Source: a virus
Taxonomy: Duplodnaviria > Caudoviricetes
DNA: 30,634 nt
Reading direction: 5' to 3' (one strand)
Virus record (IMG/VR): IMGVR_UViG_3300042315_000849
Location: 1 to 30,634 of that record
Shown: positions 1 through 6,955 of the stretch, piece after piece
How the letters are laid out: the number at the start of each line of letters is the position of its first letter
Position numbering within the stretch: position 1 is the first letter of the stretch
Program-made: the position numbers and the translations under genes
Notes under the pieces: generated by a model
What the model was told of the DNA's origin: nothing
The model's input: only the letters and a program-made list of their open reading frames with translations
Database searches by the model: none

Positions 1-34
1 TTTGGGCTGTTGCTAAGGAATCTTCAGTAATCAC
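1..34 (-). CDS. 5' fragment of a downstream gene (MITEDSLATAQ...), truncated by the window edge
   Basis: GTG at 34-32 overlaps the folE2 TGA stop (GTGA coupling) and the frame is open to position 1; too short to identify. Confidence 0.4.
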   Translation of the reverse strand, partial: MITEDSLATAQ

Positions 35-876
35 CTAAGTTCCCTCCCTGGGTTAATAACACTTACAGCAACGCTTTCGTGAATGCTTTCGTAGTGGTTA
101 ACTATAACCAGGTAATCATTAATTCGTTTATCCAAATCAACTTCAAGTTTTTCAGCAACTCGACGTACCATGTCTTCTACAAAAACGGGATTCTCATACA
201 TGAGTTCTGTTTGATATGCTTCATCTACTCGCTTAAGAGCATTTACCATTGGAGCTGATGCGCTCTTTTCTACAGCTTCAATGAGCTCCTCAAACCAGAA
301 TTTATTTCCGTTGTGTAAGTTTTCTTTGTTGAGTTCTACTGTCACGTCAGCATATGATTGTTGATTGTGTGCACCGTAATCGCTGATCTCCTTTGAACAC
401 GGGCATAGAGAAGCGTACAAAACATTAGCACTCAAATAATAACGCTTTTCTCCGTTAATCAGACGACCCTCAAAAGCTCCTTTGTAAGACATATGAGATT
501 TAATTTTAGAAACCGGAGCTTCTTTTACCATGAAATAGTCGAATTTAATCTTAATGTATGCATTATCTGATTTTAGGCGATCTTTACATTCGTCAAGGAG
601 AATCGAAATAAGTTCATCAATTCTGTGAGTTTTGTTAGCAATCGCTTCCTCGACAAGGATCCTGTAGCGACTCATATTAGTACCTTTTACTTCGGGTGTA
701 AGATCGGTATACAAACTGATAGTAGCTTTTGTTGGATTTACCGTCCCGTCACGTTTAACGATTTCCATTGGAACGATAATGTTACGAGACCCTACTTTGG
801 GAATATAAAGTTTCGGAAAACCGTCAATTGTGTTTTGAATGTCAGGGATGTCCGCGTTTGTTTTGATTCTAGGCAT
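31..876 (-). CDS. folE2: GTP cyclohydrolase I type B (FolE2/GCYH-IB)
   Basis: Motifs KGTNMSR, SLCPCSKEIS, GAHNQ, ENPVFVEDMVR, HYESIH; 281 aa. Confidence 0.93.
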   Translation of the reverse strand: MPRIKTNADIPDIQNTIDGFPKLYIPKVGSRNIIVPMEIVKRDGTVNPTKATISLYTDLTPEVKGTNMSRYRILVEEAIANKTHRIDELISILLDECKDRLKSDNAYIKIKFDYFMVKEAPVSKIKSHMSYKGAFEGRLINGEKRYYLSANVLYASLCPCSKEISDYGAHNQQSYADVTVELNKENLHNGNKFWFEELIEAVEKSASAPMVNALKRVDEAYQTELMYENPVFVEDMVRRVAEKLEVDLDKRINDYLVIVNHYESIHESVAVSVINPGRELR

Positions 877-893
877 ATATTTTATTTGTGTTT

Positions 894-921
894 ATTTTAG
901 GTGTTTTTGTGAATGTTTCAA
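894..921 (-). promoter_or_regulatory. sigma70-type promoter for folE2
   Basis: TTGAAA-N16-TAAAAT, 17 nt before ATG; same geometry recurs across the window. Confidence 0.65.
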
Positions 922-933
922 CTATGTTTGTTA

Positions 934-1851
934 TTAAAGATCAGCCAAAAGCTTTTTCAAAGCCTCGTCTGTAGTTTCGTCTGTTTCATTAATATCAGTT
1001 TTGGATTCAAACGAAGTTTCTATAGAAGTTTCGGTTCGCTTTGTTGAAGTCGGTGCTTCATTACGAATAGAAGAATATTCATCGTCATTAGTTTCTTCTT
1101 CAACTGAACCGGTCGTCAAGTTAAAAAAGTGCTCGTCAAGCAATCGTTGCATTTCGGCTGGAGTAGTAGGCTTATTTACAGCTTTCAAGTCGTGAGCTGC
1201 ATTATAAATTGAATCTAATTGTTCCTCTGTAACATCGAGCTTAGAAGGAGACAAAAACTTCGAAGCTGCATACGTAATCATTTGTTTGCCACCTCGATCC
1301 TTTCCTGAACGATTTTCAACCTTGATCCTCAAGCTAGAACCGTTCGTCACGTCGAACACCTTTTCTACACCGAACTCTTGAGAATCGTCTCCTTCAAGAG
1401 CAGATTCAATTATTTTAGCTAGCTCTTTGCCATAACGAAGAATTTTTACTTTACCTTCATTTTCGGGATTTTCTGGATCAGACACAACATATACGTTTAC
1501 CATCCAACCTTCTTTCCGAGACAACACTCGAGAATTATCCTTTTCAGATTGAGTGCCTGTACGGTATGTTTTCAAATAGTAAGCATCAATAGGACAACTT
1601 TCACCAAAGGTAGTTGGACATAGAGCTGTCACGTATTTTCCTGTAGCATTTGAATTCCAACCGTGATTGTAATAATGGAAGATTGTCTCTTTTGGAGAAT
1701 TCGCATTAGGCACCAAACGAACTTGATATGTGTTACCTGCAGTAAATTTAAGAATTTCTTTATAAAGACCGTTACCTCCTCCATCTTTTTTATCGGAAGA
1801 GAGTGATTGTTTAATTTGATCGAACATGGATTTAATATTGATATTGCTCAT
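934..1851 (-). CDS. gp32: T4 gp32-like single-stranded DNA-binding protein
   Basis: HGW...CPTT.GESCPI, NVYVVSDP.NPENEGKVKILRYGK, acidic C-terminal tail ending LKKLLADL; 305 aa. Confidence 0.9.
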   Translation of the reverse strand: MSNINIKSMFDQIKQSLSSDKKDGGGNGLYKEILKFTAGNTYQVRLVPNANSPKETIFHYYNHGWNSNATGKYVTALCPTTFGESCPIDAYYLKTYRTGTQSEKDNSRVLSRKEGWMVNVYVVSDPENPENEGKVKILRYGKELAKIIESALEGDDSQEFGVEKVFDVTNGSSLRIKVENRSGKDRGGKQMITYAASKFLSPSKLDVTEEQLDSIYNAAHDLKAVNKPTTPAEMQRLLDEHFFNLTTGSVEEETNDDEYSSIRNEAPTSTKRTETSIETSFESKTDINETDETTDEALKKLLADL

Positions 1852-1860
1852 ACAGTTTTA

Positions 1861-1888
1861 ATTTTAGTTGATTATTTTGATTTGGCAA
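1861..1888 (-). promoter_or_regulatory. sigma70-type promoter for gp32
   Basis: TTGCCA-N16-TAAAAT, 9 nt before ATG. Confidence 0.65.
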
Positions 1889-2543
1889 GCGTTTTTTGTA
1901 CAAAATTTGATAGTACAGGAAAAGCCGCTTTTACGTAAGATTTAATTTGATTTGAGTTATTGTATTTCATTTTTAGGTTGTGAAATTGGGTTATAAAATC
2001 ATGCACAAAAAAACTTTTTGTGTCATCTGAAATTTCAGACAAAGACGAGTGGACGTCAGTAAACTCGAATAAGCTATAAATGTTTATTTTGTTTTGTTTA
2101 TAGTGCAGCATCCATGTGTACAAGTCAGCTGTCTTATGAAAAGGGTATCTGTGAAAATGCATTTTGTTTTGTATACAAAAATTAGCAATAAATCTCAAAG
2201 ACTTGTTTACATCATCAATTTGTTTGTCTGGATTTTCTAATAATTGCTGCTTCTTATACAGAGTGTAGGATTTAATTGCTCTCATCGATGCAAAGTAATC
2301 TAGCCCAAAATAAGAAACGTCAGGATAAAGTTTATAAGGAGAAACGAAATAAGTTTCGTGATCAACATCTGGGTGTTTTTGTAAAAAAATAGAAATCCGT
2401 TTTAAAAATTTGTGTTTGTCTGTGTCCTTAACGTCAGAAAAATCACCTTTTGGGCGGAATGGTTTATTTTTTGATATTCTTGATATCGCTAGATGTTTGT
2501 TGTAGAGATATTTTTCGAATTCTGTTAGCTGAAGATTTTGCAT
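1872..2543 (-). CDS. Hypothetical basic/aromatic protein; possible gp59-like helicase loader by size and position
   Basis: 223 aa, Lys/Tyr/Phe-rich, immediately upstream of gp32 as gene 59 is in T4; no diagnostic motif recognised. Confidence 0.45.
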   Translation of the reverse strand: MQNLQLTEFEKYLYNKHLAISRISKNKPFRPKGDFSDVKDTDKHKFLKRISIFLQKHPDVDHETYFVSPYKLYPDVSYFGLDYFASMRAIKSYTLYKKQQLLENPDKQIDDVNKSLRFIANFCIQNKMHFHRYPFHKTADLYTWMLHYKQNKINIYSLFEFTDVHSSLSEISDDTKSFFVHDFITQFHNLKMKYNNSNQIKSYVKAAFPVLSNFVQKTLAKSK

Positions 2544-2841
2544 TTACTTTTCGAATTACTGCTTTTGTAATTTTAGATTTTACTAGAGAAGGATAAAAAT
2601 ACAACAAAGATAGTATTGCGCGTTTGAAAGTTTCAGAAGCTGTAATTTCAACAAAAAAGTCTTGGTAATCTTTTTTTTCTAGGAGCAAGGCAAATAATCC
2701 TGTAACATTTATTCTTTTGTTTTCCAGCATAGAAATAAATGAACCAGCCTTCATAAGGCCTTCAGCAAATTCTTTTGAGTGAATTTTATCGAGAGGGTTA
2801 GCTTCAGAAGTATCCAAATCATCAAAATACTGGTCTATCAT
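2464..2841 (-). CDS. Hypothetical protein
   Basis: 125-aa ORF co-oriented in the operon with a promoter-like element upstream; overlaps the next gene by 80 nt. Confidence 0.7.
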   Translation of the reverse strand: MIDQYFDDLDTSEANPLDKIHSKEFAEGLMKAGSFISMLENKRINVTGLFALLLEKKDYQDFFVEITASETFKRAILSLLYFYPSLVKSKITKAVIRKVNAKSSANRIRKISLQQTSSDIKNIKK

Positions 2842-2848
2842 TTTGATC

Positions 2849-2876
2849 TACTTAGAGTTTAACTTAAAGGTTTCAA
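2849..2876 (-). promoter_or_regulatory. Promoter-like element
   Basis: TTGAAA-N16-TAAGTA, 7 nt before ATG; non-canonical -10. Confidence 0.4.
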
Positions 2877-3746
2877 CATTTTTGTGAACTCAACAAATTC
2901 TTCTGTTAAATTACCTCCAGCTGCTGCTTCATGGCCGCCTCCAGAAGCAATTCTTTGAACAAATTTTGATACATCAATTGTATTGTTGTTTGAACTTCGT
3001 CTTACTGCAATTCTCTTTTGATCAATAATGACTGCAATTGCAACGTCGACTCCGTGGTTTTTAAATAACCAATCACACGATTCTTGTACAAATTTTTTAC
3101 AAAAAACTGCTCCAACTTTAACATTCTTGTTGTTTTCAAAATCAATATTTCCTATAAAAGGATTTAATTCGTTTAAATATTCTCTGCAGTGTTTTTTGTA
3201 CAACAAAATTGCGTTCGTTTTAAATTTATCAAAACGAACAAACCCATTGTAATAATCTTCAACAAAAGAATTAAATTTATTTGATAAAGAATGATAGACT
3301 ATGTTTAATTCTTCTGATAAAGGAGTTTGTTTAGCAGAAGAATCCCAATCATCAGCTAAAGCTATTAATGTTTTTTGAGCGCTTGATACTGATTTATTGG
3401 TGTTTTTAAAAAACGTGTCGTATATTAATTTTGCACAAGAGGTTTCATTGTATATTCTAACCAAGGCATGCTTAAATGGAAATATGTTTGTTTTGTGGTG
3501 ATCTAATATTACTGTATTTTGTTTATCTATAGATTCTCCTAATTTGGAAACATCAAGATCTAAAAAATAAAGTTTATCCCAAACTTTTCCTGAGGAAATT
3601 AAAGAGTTATAATCTTGTTCTAATTTTGCGGGAGTGGTTGGAAGAACATTTAATTTTTTTCCATACAACCAACAAAGAACTAAATAACTTACTACTCCAT
3701 CTAAGTCTGAATGTGTAACAACTTGTATTGTTTGTTCATTATTCAT
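2859..3746 (-). CDS. DHH/DHHA1 family phosphoesterase
   Basis: HSDLDG, FLDL, LDHH and C-terminal GGGHEAAAG motifs. Confidence 0.9.
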   Translation of the reverse strand: MNNEQTIQVVTHSDLDGVVSYLVLCWLYGKKLNVLPTTPAKLEQDYNSLISSGKVWDKLYFLDLDVSKLGESIDKQNTVILDHHKTNIFPFKHALVRIYNETSCAKLIYDTFFKNTNKSVSSAQKTLIALADDWDSSAKQTPLSEELNIVYHSLSNKFNSFVEDYYNGFVRFDKFKTNAILLYKKHCREYLNELNPFIGNIDFENNKNVKVGAVFCKKFVQESCDWLFKNHGVDVAIAVIIDQKRIAVRRSSNNNTIDVSKFVQRIASGGGHEAAAGGNLTEEFVEFTKMLKPLS

Positions 3747-5112
3747 TTGCGTTAACTTGTAACATATTTAATGCTGTAGAGGTATTGTTTACAACATCTT
3801 CTGTGGAGTCCCCATCTTGGGCAAAATAATCAGTAGATGTTTCTTTTAGTGTTAGAGTGTTGTAATTGCACTTAAAAGCAGAATGACCGAAATTGGGACC
3901 GAAACGATTTTTTTGCATACCCATATTAATAATTCCTAACTCTCGGTCTTCCTCTTCTTGCCACAATGAGCATATTACATCGCACGTTGCCGCTAACCCA
4001 ATTGATTCAGCAATTCCTTCCATTCCAGGAGAAGATGTATTGAAACTACCTCTATTAAGTTGTGTTGCGCTTACAATGGGCAAATTATATTTGAATGACA
4101 ACCCTCTCAAATGTTCTGCGATTTCTTTAATTGATTCGTAAGAATTAAGGTTTTTAGCTATCGGGTGAATCAAATTAATATAATCGACTACTATTATATC
4201 AGGGCAAAATCCTTTATGTTTAAGTTTGGTGATAAATGAATCAATATGACGTATGGTAACACTTCTTGGTGGATATTCTTTAATTACTAGACGGCTGTTT
4301 ACTCGGTTTTTAATATGAGATATTTGTTCTGAGAGTTCGTCAGTGTAAGTTTTTAAATCGTTGTGTGGAATTTGCGTTAATTGAGTGGATATGCGTTTTG
4401 AATACATAAACTCAGACATCTCTAAGGAGATAAGAAGTACGTTTTTGTCAGCCAAAAGCATGTTTGTTGCTAAATTTCCTAAAACTATAGATTTTCCTAC
4501 ATTGACTTGGCCAGCAAAAACTGTGAGTGTTTTAGGAAAAAGGCCGCCTTCGGTCTTTTCATCAAAAAACTTCCAACTAGTTGGAAGTGGATTGTAAACG
4601 GTGGTTAGATCTTTAATGTGCTTGTCGATGTCTTCGAAATACCAATGTCCTAAGTTTTCCTTCAAAGAAATATTGTAAGCCTTTTCGAAGTCTAACAAAA
4701 TAGAATCTAAAGCTGATGTTTGATTCGAAAAGTTTTCTGCAACGTTTAAAACTGTCTTGTAGACCAATCGTTCTTTTAAGAATTTTTCTGTATTTGAAAT
4801 TAGTTCTTCTTTGTTAAACGGTCCCTGCAAACCACTCAATTTAGTTTTAATTTCAGCAAGCGCTTTTTTGTCTTCTTCGCTGACAAATCTTGCTTTTATT
4901 TCCGTCAATGACGGTACTGTACCTCTTTCTGTAAAAAAAAGGGATATACAATCAATTACTTTGCCGATATTTTTGTCTACAAAAAACGAAGGATCTGTAT
5001 ATGATATAATGGAACTTAAATATTCAGAATCAGTTAAAGCATTATATAATAATACTGACTCAAAATAATCTAAATCTAATTTGGATTGAGTTTTATTATT
5101 CGTCATCATCAA
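3739..5112 (-). CDS. gp41: gp41/DnaB-like replicative helicase
   Basis: Walker A GQVNVGKS, SLEM, IVVDYINL, SATQLNR, KNRFG; true start may be one of the next ATGs (5109/5106). Confidence 0.93.
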   Translation of the reverse strand: MMMTNNKTQSKLDLDYFESVLLYNALTDSEYLSSIISYTDPSFFVDKNIGKVIDCISLFFTERGTVPSLTEIKARFVSEEDKKALAEIKTKLSGLQGPFNKEELISNTEKFLKERLVYKTVLNVAENFSNQTSALDSILLDFEKAYNISLKENLGHWYFEDIDKHIKDLTTVYNPLPTSWKFFDEKTEGGLFPKTLTVFAGQVNVGKSIVLGNLATNMLLADKNVLLISLEMSEFMYSKRISTQLTQIPHNDLKTYTDELSEQISHIKNRVNSRLVIKEYPPRSVTIRHIDSFITKLKHKGFCPDIIVVDYINLIHPIAKNLNSYESIKEIAEHLRGLSFKYNLPIVSATQLNRGSFNTSSPGMEGIAESIGLAATCDVICSLWQEEEDRELGIINMGMQKNRFGPNFGHSAFKCNYNTLTLKETSTDYFAQDGDSTEDVVNNTSTALNMLQVNANE

Positions 5113-6184
5113 CTAGTTGATCTTCTTGATTGGATGTATCAGTTGAACCATAACATAATTCTTCTCGGAGTTTTTGTTCTAAAATTGGACACACCTTCTT
5201 CCAAAAGTCGACATCCTTTTCAAGGTTCTTTCGGTATCCTACACTCTCTCCTTGAAATTGATATGTCTTACCAGACTGTTCAATAATACCTAAAGCCAAA
5301 GCAATATCAAACAGGCCTGTATTTTCATCGAGTCCTGTTTTAAAATTCAAATACAACTCCGTTTTAAGAAAGGGAGGCACAATACGATTTTTAACTGTCA
5401 TTGCTGACATGGTTACGCCGGAAACGTTGTTAGAAATTGCAATTGATTTTTCATCTGGATTTTCGGAAATTTTTTCATTACGTATAGCAAGTTGTACCAA
5501 CACAGAGGCCAAATAAATTGGACCTTTTCCTCCAGCTTGATTTTTAATCAAGCTTGGAAACATTTCCATTCCTTCATAAATGTGATTTGAAAAAAGAATC
5601 GGAACTCCGGCTTTAGCAGCTTTGTAAGTAATTGATCTCATCATACTCTTTGTTGCTTTAGCTCTTTGTCCTACATCTGCTGCATCTTTACCTTTACGGG
5701 CATCCTCAATTTCTTTTGATGACGCGAGGTTTCCAAGAGAGTCTATAGATACGATAAATTTGAGCTTTGGGTCATTTGCTGCAATAACATTATCCAAAAA
5801 CGCACTTATTTGGTTTCTGCATTCCTCGATTGTTTCGACTGGGTAGTATTTTGTCTTTTTTAAATCTAAACCAACATTTTTAGCGCTATCTTTATCAACA
5901 GCGACCTCTGAATCCCAAATAACTGAAATATAGCCTTTCTTTTGAGCGTTGGCCATAATTTTGTTAATAATAAGCGTTTTTCCTGCACCTGATGGCCCAG
6001 CAAAACCTGTAATTCTTCCGACAGGAACTCCTTTATATAAGGAACCTGAAATAATAGCATTTAGTGCTTTAGAACCTGTATCGATCCAATCTGAAGGCGT
6101 TGATATCGAAGTTTCGTCCATCATTCCTCCGTCAGGATTAAGCTTGTCAACGGAGCCAAAAATATCTTTAAGTGAATTACTCAT
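5096..6184 (-). CDS. uvsX: UvsX/RecA-like recombinase
   Basis: IDTGS..LN..ISG, GRIT.FAGPSGAGKT, DSE, IDSLGNL, KNR..PPF. Confidence 0.93.
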   Translation of the reverse strand: MSNSLKDIFGSVDKLNPDGGMMDETSISTPSDWIDTGSKALNAIISGSLYKGVPVGRITGFAGPSGAGKTLIINKIMANAQKKGYISVIWDSEVAVDKDSAKNVGLDLKKTKYYPVETIEECRNQISAFLDNVIAANDPKLKFIVSIDSLGNLASSKEIEDARKGKDAADVGQRAKATKSMMRSITYKAAKAGVPILFSNHIYEGMEMFPSLIKNQAGGKGPIYLASVLVQLAIRNEKISENPDEKSIAISNNVSGVTMSAMTVKNRIVPPFLKTELYLNFKTGLDENTGLFDIALALGIIEQSGKTYQFQGESVGYRKNLEKDVDFWKKVCPILEQKLREELCYGSTDTSNQEDQLVDDDE

Positions 6185-6191
6185 CTAAAAA

Positions 6192-6219
6192 AGCATACGA
6201 CAATTAAACTCAATTTCAA
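6192..6219 (-). promoter_or_regulatory. sigma70-type promoter for uvsX (probably leaderless transcript)
   Basis: TTGAAA-N16-TATGCT, 7 nt before ATG, immediately after a terminator. Confidence 0.72.
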
Positions 6220-6221
6220 CT

Positions 6222-6253
6222 AAAAAAAAAATCCCACTCCGAAGAGTGGGATT
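6222..6253 (-). terminator. Rho-independent terminator
   Basis: AATCCCACTC-TTCG-GAGTGGGATT perfect 10-bp stem with cUUCGg tetraloop followed by a T run. Confidence 0.92.
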
Positions 6254-6278
6254 ATGATATACAATATACAAGACTAAA

Positions 6279-6659
6279 TTATTTCGCTTCCTCTTCTTCG
6301 TCAAAAAGCTTAACTAATTGAGGCTCTGGCTGAGTTTGAGGAGTGGCTTCTACTTGACGAAACATTTGCTCGTATTGAGAAATAAATTGTACTGCAAACG
6401 TAACATCGTCAGAAAGAGTAATGTTTGATTTGCGATAATTCCAAACAGTTGGTTCGTTCCGATCAGCTTGAAATTCTCTAAAGAACAAAGGTAGAATTTG
6501 TAATTGTAATTGGTTTGTTTGTGGATTTGGTTGTACATGCACAACTGCTGGATTTTCAATTGAAACGGCTTCGTCTGTTTCTGCAACGACTTTACCGATA
6601 ATTGTTCTGCCGATGGTGTCCAAAAACACCGTTAGTGGTTTATTGTTTGTTTGGTTCAT
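6279..6659 (-). CDS. Putative Sm-like (Lsm/Hfq-fold) phage protein
   Basis: G.TIIGKV...SIENPAVV...LQILP pattern resembles phage Sm-like proteins of T4-like viruses; acidic tail; 126 aa. Confidence 0.5.
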   Translation of the reverse strand: MNQTNNKPLTVFLDTIGRTIIGKVVAETDEAVSIENPAVVHVQPNPQTNQLQLQILPLFFREFQADRNEPTVWNYRKSNITLSDDVTFAVQFISQYEQMFRQVEATPQTQPEPQLVKLFDEEEEAK

Positions 6660-6922
6660 AGTTTATATAATTTAACATTAGATTTTTCAATTTCAACATC
6701 GAAATATAAATATTGTAATAATTTTTCTCCTTTTGATGTCAATAAAATTCGATCATCTGAAGCAATGTAAATAATATCGTATACATCCAGCGTGTATAGC
6801 AAATCTTCCATCAAATTGGTTTCTAAAAATTCCTGTAAATAGTAATCTTCTTGGGAAATCGAAATAAGAGTGTAATACAATTCATGGCTAGTTAGTGCAT
6901 CTAAATGTGTATTTTTACTCAC
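6656..6922 (-). CDS. Small acidic protein with winged-helix-like C-terminus
   Basis: GTG start; ...IIYIASDDRILLTSKGEKLL resembles the wHTH wing plus LTxKG turn; 88 aa. Confidence 0.55.
   Translation of the reverse strand: MSKNTHLDALTSHELYYTLISISQEDYYLQEFLETNLMEDLLYTLDVYDIIYIASDDRILLTSKGEKLLQYLYFDVEIEKSNVKLYKL
6669..6696 (-). promoter_or_regulatory. sigma70-type promoter for the Sm-like gene
   Basis: TTGAAA-N16-TAAATT, 9 nt before ATG, inside the upstream CDS. Confidence 0.5.
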
Positions 6923-6927
6923 AAATT

Positions 6928-6955
6928 AATTTATGTTATTTCGCAAATAAATCAA
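6928..6955 (-). promoter_or_regulatory. sigma70-type promoter for the 88-aa gene
   Basis: TTGATT-N16-TAAATT, 5 nt before GTG. Confidence 0.5.

Noticed and set aside
1852-1890. T4-style gp32 autoregulatory leader or pseudoknot
   Set aside because: The predicted promoter leaves almost no leader and I see no such structure
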